A DNA stretch of 55,610 nt from a virus (taxonomy: Duplodnaviria > Caudoviricetes), in IMG/VR virus record IMGVR_UViG_3300032069_000013, positions 1 through 55,610 of that record; one strand, 5' to 3'. Below are positions 1 to 8,771 of the stretch, one piece after another. Each line of letters starts with the position of its first letter. The first letter of the stretch is position 1. A program made the position numbers and the translations under genes. Under the pieces are notes generated by a model. That model was not told where the DNA came from and searched no databases. It worked only from the letters and a program-made list of their open reading frames with translations.

Positions 1-293
1 ACCTGACAGATGCTGACCTGACACGTGCTAACCTGACAGATGCTGACCTGGCATGTACTAACCTGACAGATGCTGACCTGACACGTGCTAACCTGACAGA
101 TGCTGACCTACCATACGCTGACCTGATAGATGCTAATCTGACAGATGCTAACCTGACACGTGCTAACCTATCACACGCTGACCTGTCATGTGCTAACCTG
201 ACACGTGCTGACCTGACACGTGCTGACCTGTCATGTGCTAACCTGACACGTGCTAACCTGACAAATGCTAACCTGACAGATGTGCTACTTTAA
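1..293 (+). CDS. Pentapeptide-repeat protein, 3' part (continues from 55532-55610 across the end-start junction)
   Basis: Frame 3 reads [20 protein letters not shown]...LTDVLL* (A[DN]Lxx repeats, 15-nt units), TAA at 291-293; same 3' flank (taataaacaagacaNaggtgtcaat) as the paralog at 53300-53767. Confidence 0.85.
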   Translation, partial: LTDADLTRANLTDADLACTNLTDADLTRANLTDADLPYADLIDANLTDANLTRANLSHADLSCANLTRADLTRADLSCANLTRANLTNANLTDVLL

Positions 294-342
294 TAAACAA
301 GACAGAGGTGTCAATTTTACCTAATTTACCTAAGGAGATTTT

Positions 343-519
343 ATGTTTCAACTTAACACGAGGACGCTTGAGGCGGCGAAAGCGAAATTGGGCAATAGCA
401 ATGCTATTGGCAAACCTGAGACCCTGGGTGTTTTGTTCACGGGTGCCCATCTCAGAGATGCTAATCTCGTAGGTGCTGATCTCGAAAGTGCCTGTCTCAG
501 AGATGCTATCAGGGATTAA
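343..519 (+). CDS. Small 58-aa ORF ending in a few degenerate pentapeptide repeats
   Basis: AAGGAG RBS before ATG 343; manual translation MFQLNTRTLEAAKAKLG...GAHLRDANLVGADLESACLRDAIRD*. Confidence 0.5.
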   Translation: MFQLNTRTLEAAKAKLGNSNAIGKPETLGVLFTGAHLRDANLVGADLESACLRDAIRD

Positions 520-591
520 TCAAAATTCACAAGCCCGGTCTCAAATTCGGGTACCTGAAAATAAACCAATAACCTAAACAAGTGAGGAAAT

Positions 592-1629
592 ATGCTTCCT
601 GAAATTTTAAAAAAATTAAATCGTATATGTGTTAAAAACAGTAGTCTTCGTATACTAAATTACTACAAAGTAAAGAATGGAAAAGCAGAGTATACCGATT
701 TAGATAACTGGATTTTTACTAAATCAGATTATAAAGACGGAATATATTATAAATTCAAACCGGATCAAAAAGAACAGGCTATTTCTCCAGAAAGTGAAAT
801 GGAAGAATATCCCGTACTTACTCTGGAAGGAGAACCGAAAAAGGAATATGTTTTCAATATTCAAGAATTGAATGAAAATATCATTCTTTTTACTGCAAAA
901 GATGATACTCGTGATTGTCTTATGCAAGTATACATAAACAAAAAAAATGAGGCGGTTGCTACAAATGGATTTTACATATACATTCAAAAAATTTCTTGTA
1001 AAAAAGATTGCATAATTCCGGTATCATTTATACGATTGTGTAAAGTTTTTAATATCTCTGAAGTATACACAGTTGGAAAATGGATATACGGTATGCAAGA
1101 TGATATAGAAATCTATACTAAAATCACGGAAGAAATTTATCCAAATTATGAAGTTGCTATACCAAAACTTGAAAAATCTGAAATCACGGCGGAAGATTTT
1201 AGAAATTTTTCTTCAGCATTAATTGAGTGCAAAAATTACTGGAATGAAAAAACTAACATGATAATTTTCCATGATAACTGGCTGCTTGTTCGTAATGAGA
1301 AAAATAAACGAATGAAGATAAATCTGAATAAGAAAATATTTCCGACTCCGAGAGGATTTAATGGTAAATATTTTCTGGATATTATTTTAAAAACAGCGGA
1401 AGGTAATTTATATTACCATCCTGTAAGTAATCTTTCAATGGTGTATTTCAAATCTGAAAACTCATTAACCGGAATTATGCTATTAAGAATTGTTGAACCG
1501 TATGATCTAAAGGATTTTACTGAAATTTTTGTAACAGAGAAAAAGAAATCGGAAGAGAAAAATAAACCTGATTACAAGAAAATGTATTTTGAACTGCTGG
1601 CTAAATATAATAAAGAGGTCAAAAAATGA
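592..1629 (+). CDS. Divergent beta sliding clamp (DnaN)-like protein
   Basis: 345 aa; FTAKDDTRDCLMQVYI...VATNGFYIY resembles the clamp 'F-S-DETR-ILNGV...VATDGHRL' segment, and GFNGKYFLDII resembles 'FNxxYLLD'; GAGG RBS. Confidence 0.45.
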   Translation: MLPEILKKLNRICVKNSSLRILNYYKVKNGKAEYTDLDNWIFTKSDYKDGIYYKFKPDQKEQAISPESEMEEYPVLTLEGEPKKEYVFNIQELNENIILFTAKDDTRDCLMQVYINKKNEAVATNGFYIYIQKISCKKDCIIPVSFIRLCKVFNISEVYTVGKWIYGMQDDIEIYTKITEEIYPNYEVAIPKLEKSEITAEDFRNFSSALIECKNYWNEKTNMIIFHDNWLLVRNEKNKRMKINLNKKIFPTPRGFNGKYFLDIILKTAEGNLYYHPVSNLSMVYFKSENSLTGIMLLRIVEPYDLKDFTEIFVTEKKKSEEKNKPDYKKMYFELLAKYNKEVKK

Positions 1630-1835
1630 AGACTAAAAAAGAAATCCTTCGGGAACAGGGTTATCAACCTGTAATTGGAAGGCCGTCAGTAGGGGATACA
1701 ATGTTATCTCCTTTAACAATACCTGTTGAAATAAAAAAGGCTCTTGATATTATCAAGAAAAAATATAAAAAATCTTTGCCGGAAATGAGACGACAAATAC
1801 TTTTAGAATATTTACAAAAAGAAAATATGCTATAA
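1626..1835 (+). CDS. Ribbon-helix-helix (CopG/Arc-like) DNA-binding protein
   Basis: 69 aa, GRP motif then LTIPVEIKKALDIIKKKYKKSLPEMRRQILLEYL (beta-helix-helix pattern). Confidence 0.55.
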   Translation: MKTKKEILREQGYQPVIGRPSVGDTMLSPLTIPVEIKKALDIIKKKYKKSLPEMRRQILLEYLQKENML

Positions 1836-1982
1836 AAGTGCTATAACCGGCACCCCTGTATATATGCCTATTTTTTATCATGAAATTAAATGAATTTTTT
1901 TTATTATATAATAATATAAATAAAAGGAGTAAAAATAGGCATATATACAGGGGTGCCGGTTATAGCAAAAATATAGCAATTT
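1827..1982. repeat. Inverted-repeat element A (37-bp perfect arms 1839-1875 / 1931-1967, 55-bp AT-rich spacer)
   Basis: tgctataaccggcacccctgtatatatgcctattttt and its exact reverse complement; TGCTATA doublets at the outer ends. Confidence 0.95.
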
Positions 1983-2136
1983 ACCTTTATGTAAACTAAT
2001 TAATAAAAAAAGAAAAAATTTTAATTTATAATTTATTGTAATTAAAAGAGATACAAAAATTAATAAAAAAATATGAAAATTTTTTTATACAATAACAAAA
2101 AAATAATTTATATTTAATCATATCTAAGGAGAACAC

Positions 2137-3426
2137 ATGATTAAATTATATCCGTATCAAATATTGGTTTTAGACTGGCTCAGGAACAGAAAAGAGTGTG
2201 CTCTGTTTCTGGAACAGCGCCTGGGAAAAACCTATATTACAATAGCGGATATTCTGAATAAACCTATCTATGATAAAATATTAATCATTGCGCCGTATTC
2301 GGCTTGGCTCGCGTGGGAATATACTTTAAAAGAATTTAATCAATACTCAATACAATTCATAGAAGGTACTCGAAAACAACGTATAAATTCATTACATAAT
2401 TTACAAAAATGGAACATAACAAATTACCAGACCTCTATAAAATCAGAATTGCTCTCAGTAAAATGGAATTGTGTCGTATTGGATGAGTCTACATATATTA
2501 AAAATCCGAAAGCAAAAATGACTAAATATTTTTTAAGACTTGGAGACAATACAGAATACAAATATATTCTTTCCGGTACGCCGGGTCTTGAGAATCCGTT
2601 GGATTATTTTTGTCAATTGAGATTTCTCTCCAGAGAATGGCTCGGAAAAAATTATTGGGAATTTAGAAATAAATATTGTTTTCTTAATGGTTATAATTGG
2701 GTATTAACTAACTCCGGAAAAGAAATTTTAAGACAAACACTTCAAAATAATACCTATAATCTTAAACGTAAAGATGTAGGATTTAACTCTAATAAAATTT
2801 ATAAAATTATCACAATAGGCAAAACTAAAGAGTTTGAAAGAATAGAGAAAACATTATTAGAAAAATATTTACTTATGAGAGATGGTAAATTATTAGACTC
2901 TACTGTCTGGATTACTACTATGTTGATATGGTATCGACAACTGACAGGTGGATTTATTAAAAACAATATGATAGATAATTTAAAATCCGAAGAAATTTAC
3001 AAAATAATTAACGAAAACAAAGACAAAAAAATTATAATATGGGCAGTTCTTCTTCCAGAGATAAATTTTTTTTATGACAGAGGAATCGAAAAAATAGACG
3101 GTTCTGTTAAACCAGAAAAACGGATAGAAATAGCTGAAAGATTTAATAACGGAGGATTACAATATATAGTGTGCAATCCTGAAGCTACTAAATTTGGTAT
3201 TAATTTATCTGCTGCTGATATATCTATTTTTTATTCGATGAGTTTTTCATTGACTACACAACTGCAAGCTGAAGATCGCATGGTAAAACAAAATAAGGAA
3301 TCTATTATTTACAAATTGATAAGGAAAAATACCATAGATCAAGATATTTTAAATTGTCATAGTAGAAAATTAACTTTAAACCAGACAATGGAAATAATGA
3401 AAAAGAAATATGAATTTAAAAACTGA
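2137..3426 (+). CDS. SNF2-family (SF2) helicase
   Basis: LYPYQ, EQRLGKT, VVLDEST, LSGTP, FGINL, QAEDR motifs. Confidence 0.9.
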   Translation: MIKLYPYQILVLDWLRNRKECALFLEQRLGKTYITIADILNKPIYDKILIIAPYSAWLAWEYTLKEFNQYSIQFIEGTRKQRINSLHNLQKWNITNYQTSIKSELLSVKWNCVVLDESTYIKNPKAKMTKYFLRLGDNTEYKYILSGTPGLENPLDYFCQLRFLSREWLGKNYWEFRNKYCFLNGYNWVLTNSGKEILRQTLQNNTYNLKRKDVGFNSNKIYKIITIGKTKEFERIEKTLLEKYLLMRDGKLLDSTVWITTMLIWYRQLTGGFIKNNMIDNLKSEEIYKIINENKDKKIIIWAVLLPEINFFYDRGIEKIDGSVKPEKRIEIAERFNNGGLQYIVCNPEATKFGINLSAADISIFYSMSFSLTTQLQAEDRMVKQNKESIIYKLIRKNTIDQDILNCHSRKLTLNQTMEIMKKKYEFKN

Positions 3427-3461
3427 TATTTGAAAGACGACGCGCAGAAAGGAAAATAACA

Positions 3462-3689
3462 ATGTTTCCTCCACAAGCACCTTGGACTGGCCTTGGGCAA
3501 TTAGAAAGTGAGATTCGTGATGTTAAGTCAATTTTATCGCGCAAAGCAGATGATTGTGAAGTACGTTCGGCGGTGTCTCGTGTGGATAGTTTGGAACGTA
3601 CCATTGGGGAAGTTCGCTCCGATATTGACCGGATTAGCGCTTGGATGCAAAGAGTACAAGAAAATTTAAGAGCTGCAGCAGAAAATTAA
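3462..3689 (+). CDS. Hypothetical coiled-coil protein
   Basis: AAGGA RBS; 75 aa with heptad-like pattern. Confidence 0.6.
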   Translation: MFPPQAPWTGLGQLESEIRDVKSILSRKADDCEVRSAVSRVDSLERTIGEVRSDIDRISAWMQRVQENLRAAAEN

Positions 3690-3721
3690 GGAGTTGTCAA
3701 TTACATCCCAAAGAAAGAAAA

Positions 3722-4123
3722 ATGCAAATGGTTGAAACAATTTATAAAACTGTCACATTTGAAACAGAAACATGTTATAGGTGTGGAATACTTTTCGCAA
3801 TGCCTGCTGAAATTCGGCAACGCAAATTGCGTGAAGGCGGAGATTTCTACTGTCCAAATGGTCATGGCCAGCATTATGCAAAAACAACCGAACAACGGTT
3901 GCGTGAACAACTTGAACGAGAGCGCAATAAAACCATACGCGAACAGTCCGCAAGAGAGCAAATTCAGGCAGAAGTAAATGAGTTGCGCAAGAAAAATAAT
4001 AAAATCATTGGCAAATTATCTCGTGTTTATAAGCGCGTTCGAAATGGTGTGTGCCCGTGTTGCAATCGGCATTTTGACAATCTCGAAGGCCACATGAAAA
4101 CAAAACACGGTGCGAGGTTATAA
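3722..4123 (+). CDS. Zinc-binding coiled-coil protein with C-terminal C2H2 finger
   Basis: CYRC...CPNGH and CPCCNRHFDNLEGHMKTKH; start trimmed from 3641 to ATG 3722 to avoid the upstream overlap. Confidence 0.65.
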   Translation: MQMVETIYKTVTFETETCYRCGILFAMPAEIRQRKLREGGDFYCPNGHGQHYAKTTEQRLREQLERERNKTIREQSAREQIQAEVNELRKKNNKIIGKLSRVYKRVRNGVCPCCNRHFDNLEGHMKTKHGARL

Positions 4124-4300
4124 TGCCTATTCGCGCAGTACGGTAAACGTTAGCAGAAATAAATTTTTTTTCAATTTAGGAGGCGCACATGTTAATGTTC
4201 TGTACGTTGATATACAAATGTCATTAATTGACCTCGATCAGGCTGAATTGGTCGAAGTGTTCGTGCCAGCATTCGTTAAAACTATAGGAGCAGCCTCATT

Positions 4301-4762
4301 ATGATTTTATCATTTGACACGGGAAAAAATATAGGTTTGTGTGTTATGAAATGTAAAGCAATACATACATATAAATTTATTTTAAACAATCCCGAAGAAA
4401 TATTATCTAAAATAAATTTTCTCACAAACATTCAAGAATCTATAATTTATATAGAAGATTACATGATTTATAATTCTCCTAAGTCAATAATATCCGCTAT
4501 ATCGGGCGATCTGAAATTTGTTATAAAAACCGGAATTATACTAGAAAAATATTTTAAGGATTTGAAAGCTAAAAGAGTAATTATGGTTTCTCCTCGCTGG
4601 AAAGGAACTATGAATGATAAACAAGTAAAAGAACGGATAAAATATTGCATGAAAAAATATAAATTTAATTTAGAATTTGAAAAAAGGAAATTATCGTCTC
4701 ATGAATGGGATGCTATAGGAATGGCTTTAAATGGTTTAGGTCTTTTCAATTCAGGAAAATAA
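4301..4762 (+). CDS. RuvC-like Holliday junction resolvase
   Basis: ILSFDTGKNIG, IYIED, HEWDAIGMA acidic triad pattern. Confidence 0.7.
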   Translation: MILSFDTGKNIGLCVMKCKAIHTYKFILNNPEEILSKINFLTNIQESIIYIEDYMIYNSPKSIISAISGDLKFVIKTGIILEKYFKDLKAKRVIMVSPRWKGTMNDKQVKERIKYCMKKYKFNLEFEKRKLSSHEWDAIGMALNGLGLFNSGK

Positions 4763-4763
4763 A

Positions 4764-5270
4764 ATGATTGAATGTAAAAAATGCAATTTATATCAGTATC
4801 GCACTAAAATTGTACGTGGTAAAGGTACGTTAAATCCTGATTTTCTTTTGATGGGTGAAGCTCCGGGAAAAGACGAAGATTCAGAAGGTTTTCCTTTTGT
4901 CGGTATGGCAGGAAAATTATTAGATAAATTGTTACAAGACGCTCAGAAACAGACAGAAAAGAAATTTACCTTTTTTATTACGAATACTATATGGTGCAGA
5001 CCGACTGATTATTTATATGGAGAAAATCGTAGACCTGCTGAATTTGAGATTTATCAATGCAGACCGAACGTAATTTCCTTAGTTCAAAAAGTGAATCCGA
5101 AAAATATTATTCTCATAGGTAAAGTAGCAGAAGAATTTTATGGAAATTATTTTAAAATATATTCTACTATTCAACACCCGTCTTATATACTGAGAAAAGG
5201 AGGTTACGTTTCGCAGGTATATATGGATAATTTACAAAAGTTAGTGGAGATATTTAAAAATAAAAAATAA
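4764..5270 (+). CDS. Family 4 uracil-DNA glycosylase
   Basis: CKKC Fe-S ligands, GEAPGKDED..GFPFVG.AGKLL, TN..WCRP, HPSY. Confidence 0.9.
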   Translation: MIECKKCNLYQYRTKIVRGKGTLNPDFLLMGEAPGKDEDSEGFPFVGMAGKLLDKLLQDAQKQTEKKFTFFITNTIWCRPTDYLYGENRRPAEFEIYQCRPNVISLVQKVNPKNIILIGKVAEEFYGNYFKIYSTIQHPSYILRKGGYVSQVYMDNLQKLVEIFKNKK

Positions 5271-5295
5271 ATAACCTAATCGAAAGGAGTACAAA

Positions 5296-6057
5296 ATGTC
5301 CCTAATCCCGCTAAGAAAGTCTCTTCCAGAGGTTGATCTGCAAAAATATACTTTTCTATTTTATGGAGAGCGTAAAATAGGAAAAACAGCAGTCGCTTCA
5401 CAATTTCAAAATCCATTATTTGCTATGATGGAACCTGGTGGTAAAGCACTCTCTATTTATCAATCTCGTATTAAGGATTGGAAATCATTCATAAAATTGA
5501 CTGATGAGATCGAAAAAGACGAGAAATTCAAAACTATCGTTATTGATACCGGCGGAAGAGCTTATTCGTATTGTTATGATTATGTGCTGGAAGAAAAAGG
5601 CGTTTCCGATCCTTCGGAAGAAGGTTGGGGAGGTTGTTGGTCTGATATTGCTAAGGAATTTGAGACACAGAATGATAAAATATTTGAAACCGGAAAAGGC
5701 GTTTTGATTACCGCACATTCCGAAATAATAACTTTACAAAAGAAAGGCGGTATAAAAGAAACCAAAATTCGTGTCGATCTCGGAAAACAGGCGCGTCGAT
5801 ATTATGTAGGTGTAGTCAATACCGTTCTCTATTTTCATTATGATGTAAATGGTGATCGTATAATGACAATACGAGGATCAGAGGATATTGAAGCAGGTAC
5901 TCAGATTAAGAAAAGATTTCTTTATCCTGATGGAGAATATATCAAAGATATTCCTATGGGTAAAGATGAAGAAGAAGCATATAATAATCTTGTACTGGCG
6001 TACAATAACAAACTTCCTAGACCAAAAAAACCCGAACGTAAATTTTTTACTAAATAA
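5296..6057 (+). CDS. AAA_24 / Sak4-like P-loop ATPase (single-strand annealing)
   Basis: YGERKIGKT Walker A, TIVIDT Walker B, LITAH; followed by an SSB-like gene. Confidence 0.75.
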   Translation: MSLIPLRKSLPEVDLQKYTFLFYGERKIGKTAVASQFQNPLFAMMEPGGKALSIYQSRIKDWKSFIKLTDEIEKDEKFKTIVIDTGGRAYSYCYDYVLEEKGVSDPSEEGWGGCWSDIAKEFETQNDKIFETGKGVLITAHSEIITLQKKGGIKETKIRVDLGKQARRYYVGVVNTVLYFHYDVNGDRIMTIRGSEDIEAGTQIKKRFLYPDGEYIKDIPMGKDEEEAYNNLVLAYNNKLPRPKKPERKFFTK

Positions 6058-6092
6058 CTAATTTTTCAATCTTAATTAAAGGAGTGTTCTTT

Positions 6093-6839
6093 ATGAATCA
6101 AAAATTAAGTAGTGATTTTCTTCAAGCCCTTAAGATGACTGCGAAAGTAAACTTTCATGATTCGAAAAAAAGGTTTGAAGAGAACATGAAAAATCGCAGG
6201 ATTTTTCAAGACGGAAAGTATCCCGCAAAACTCATCGGATTGGAACCTGACGTTGTAAATGATAAGCCGATACTTCGGCCTAAGTGGAAATTTCTGGAAG
6301 GGGATAATGTAAACTTTTCGATATACGGGAACACATTCTGGTTACATAATGATGGCGGTATTGCGTGGTTTTTGAATTTTCTTTTTCAGATCGGTATGGA
6401 CGTTGATAATATCAAGAGTCTTGATAATGATACGATTCAGGATATTATCAAGGAAGTCGTTTCTCAGGAAATAGTCTGTCTGGTAAAGGTAGTAAATAAA
6501 CCGGATTCTGATTTTCCTGATGTAAAGATGATTGAAAAAATGGATGAATCAAATATTCAATCCGCTGCAGATAATTCGGAACCGGTATCGGAACAGGAAG
6601 AAGAGAAAAAGCAGGAAAAAGAAGATCCTTTTGAAAATATGTCTCTAAAGGGATTTCAAAATTTTTGCAAGACTCAGAAGATAAAACCTTCCGATACAAC
6701 AAAAATGATCGGAAAGAACTACGGTGATATTGACAATACGAAAAGTATTCTCAGTCAGTACACTTTCAATGGCAAGAAACTTTCTGATGAAGAAAAGCAA
6801 TTCCTGGAATTGCTCGAACTGGATTCATTTATTGAATAA
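6093..6839 (+). CDS. Putative ssDNA-binding protein (DUF669-like) with acidic linker
   Basis: DGKYPAKL N-terminal pattern, position after the Sak4-like ATPase; AAAGGAG RBS fits ATG 6093. Confidence 0.5.
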   Translation: MNQKLSSDFLQALKMTAKVNFHDSKKRFEENMKNRRIFQDGKYPAKLIGLEPDVVNDKPILRPKWKFLEGDNVNFSIYGNTFWLHNDGGIAWFLNFLFQIGMDVDNIKSLDNDTIQDIIKEVVSQEIVCLVKVVNKPDSDFPDVKMIEKMDESNIQSAADNSEPVSEQEEEKKQEKEDPFENMSLKGFQNFCKTQKIKPSDTTKMIGKNYGDIDNTKSILSQYTFNGKKLSDEEKQFLELLELDSFIE

Positions 6840-6857
6840 CTTTTAACCTGAAATGTA

Positions 6858-6889
6858 AAAAAATACGGGTGTAAAAGCCCGTATTTTTT
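6858..6889 (+). terminator. Intrinsic terminator (possibly bidirectional)
   Basis: aaaaaatacggg-tgtaaaag-cccgtatttttt hairpin with T tract. Confidence 0.75.
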
Positions 6890-6903
6890 GACTCTTAAAT
6901 TTT

Positions 6904-8613
6904 ATGAAATACTGCATTTTTGATATAGAAACTACCGGATTAAATCCTAACAGGAAAACGGAAATTTTTGCCTATGCTTTTTATTTTCCGGAGAAAAACA
7001 ATGTAGTCATAAAGCGAAAAGATGCGGACAGGGATTTTATTCCTTATTTACAAAGTATTTTTAATGATGTTTCTATTTGTAAAGTATGTCACAATTATAA
7101 ATTTGAATATTCATTCTTGAAAAGAATTATACATATACCGAAAAAAACGATATGGCACTGTACTTTATTGATGTCTCAATTACTGGAAAATACAAAACTA
7201 TCTCATTCTTTGGATTATGTTTTTACACAATTGACAGGATCACATCAATACAATACGATTGATGAAAGAGTATCTAAGTATAAAAAGGTAGGATATGATA
7301 AAATATCCGTACCATTATTCAATGAATATCAGACAGCGGATATAATTAGAACCGAAATACTTTTCAGCATTCTTTTTCCAGAGATAAAAAAAGATTCTAT
7401 CTATAAAGTTTACGAAATGGAAATAGAGTTTGCAAAGATAATAAGTGATATGGAAGATACCGGAATTAATCTAGATAGAAATAACACTCTGCTTTTAATA
7501 GAAGACATGAAAAACAGATTTAAAAAAGTTCAGCAGGATGTATATGCGGAAACCGGACAATTTATAAATTTACATTCAGGAAAACAGATTAAAGAATTAT
7601 TGACAAAAAAATATAAGTTTCCTGTTTTGCAGCAAACTGTTAAAGGAAATATGCAGTTGAACAAAGATGTACTTTTTGAATACAAAAGAATGTTTCCTAA
7701 TTTGAAAATACTTGATCTGATAATTCAATGGCGTTCTTATAAAAACGGTATATCAACTATACAATCATATCTTGATATTTTTAATTGTTATGGTCGAGTA
7801 AATCCTATTATTAATCCTAATCAGGCGCTTACCGGAAGGCAATCTGCTCAAGACCCGAATTTACAGAATGTACAGAAACCGGAAGCTCTGAAAAATCTGT
7901 ATCCGGTAAATGCACGTCAATGTTTTTGTTGTGATGAGAATGAGTATTTATTATTCGCTGATTATAAAGGAATCGAAATCCGTTTAATGACGGAAATCAC
8001 TGGAGAGAAAATATACAAGAAAATGATAGAAAATGAGTCCGGTGATCCTCACGATTATGCTGCAAAAATTTTACTTGGGGAACGTTATAACGGGGAAAAA
8101 ATTTTGCGGGATGCTTGTAAAAATGCTCAGTTTGCCATAGCGTATGCTGCCGGAAAAAAACGTGTGGAGAAAACAGTCAATTTAAAAGATATAGATTATT
8201 ATGGATTTAAAAAGAAACTCCCGAAGATAGGTTATTTTTCCAGGAATATTATGCATAAAGCTAAAAATGGTTATGTGGAGACTTCTTTCGGAAGAAGATT
8301 GTATTTACAGACAGGAATGGAATATATGATCGGAAACCACTTGATACAATCTACGGCAGCGGATATTTTGAAACATGCCATTATCAGGATAGACAAATAT
8401 ATAAAAGATTACTGGCAAGGAAAAATGAAAATGATTATTTCAATTCATGATGAGATAATATTTGGAATGAAAAAACGGATTTTTGATGAGCACGGAAATA
8501 TTATAATCAAAGATATTTCTTTACTTATGACTACTTTCGATGAGATAAAAATTCCATTAAAAATCGAATGGAAAAAAACAGAAACCACTTGGGATAAGGC
8601 AGTAAAAATATGA
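6904..8613 (+). CDS. Family A DNA polymerase with 3'-5' exonuclease domain
   Basis: DIETTGL, HNYKFE, TGRQSAQDPNLQN, DYKGIEIR, R..CKNAQFAIAY, IQSTAAD, IHDEI. Confidence 0.93.
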   Translation: MKYCIFDIETTGLNPNRKTEIFAYAFYFPEKNNVVIKRKDADRDFIPYLQSIFNDVSICKVCHNYKFEYSFLKRIIHIPKKTIWHCTLLMSQLLENTKLSHSLDYVFTQLTGSHQYNTIDERVSKYKKVGYDKISVPLFNEYQTADIIRTEILFSILFPEIKKDSIYKVYEMEIEFAKIISDMEDTGINLDRNNTLLLIEDMKNRFKKVQQDVYAETGQFINLHSGKQIKELLTKKYKFPVLQQTVKGNMQLNKDVLFEYKRMFPNLKILDLIIQWRSYKNGISTIQSYLDIFNCYGRVNPIINPNQALTGRQSAQDPNLQNVQKPEALKNLYPVNARQCFCCDENEYLLFADYKGIEIRLMTEITGEKIYKKMIENESGDPHDYAAKILLGERYNGEKILRDACKNAQFAIAYAAGKKRVEKTVNLKDIDYYGFKKKLPKIGYFSRNIMHKAKNGYVETSFGRRLYLQTGMEYMIGNHLIQSTAADILKHAIIRIDKYIKDYWQGKMKMIISIHDEIIFGMKKRIFDEHGNIIIKDISLLMTTFDEIKIPLKIEWKKTETTWDKAVKI

Positions 8614-8771
8614 AAAGATTGCGAAGAATTGACAGGAGAATTTTAATCAAATCAATTGTCGAAACTATGAATTTACCGAAGGGTAAAAAGACATACAATT
8701 ATTTTACTAAACACCAGCTTATTGAGCTCAATCTTAAAGTGAAAAATTATGCCAAAACTATTTCAGCATGA
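8610..8771 (+). CDS. Small hypothetical protein (53 aa)
   Basis: ATGA-coupled to the polymerase stop; manual translation MKRLRRIDRRILIKSIVETMNLPKGKK... Confidence 0.5.
   Translation: MKRLRRIDRRILIKSIVETMNLPKGKKTYNYFTKHQLIELNLKVKNYAKTISA

Noticed and set aside
1-293. 15-nt tandem repeats as CRISPR or guide array
   Set aside because: They are in-frame pentapeptide codons of an ORF with a normal N-terminal cap and stop.
1827-1982. Elements A/B as MITE or IS ends
   Set aside because: No transposase, no target-site duplication seen, and the enclosed genes are core replication genes.
4110-4304. 64-aa ORF upstream of the resolvase
   Set aside because: Start is ambiguous (GTG 4110 vs ATG after AGGAGG near 4189) and no motif; not enough support to call.
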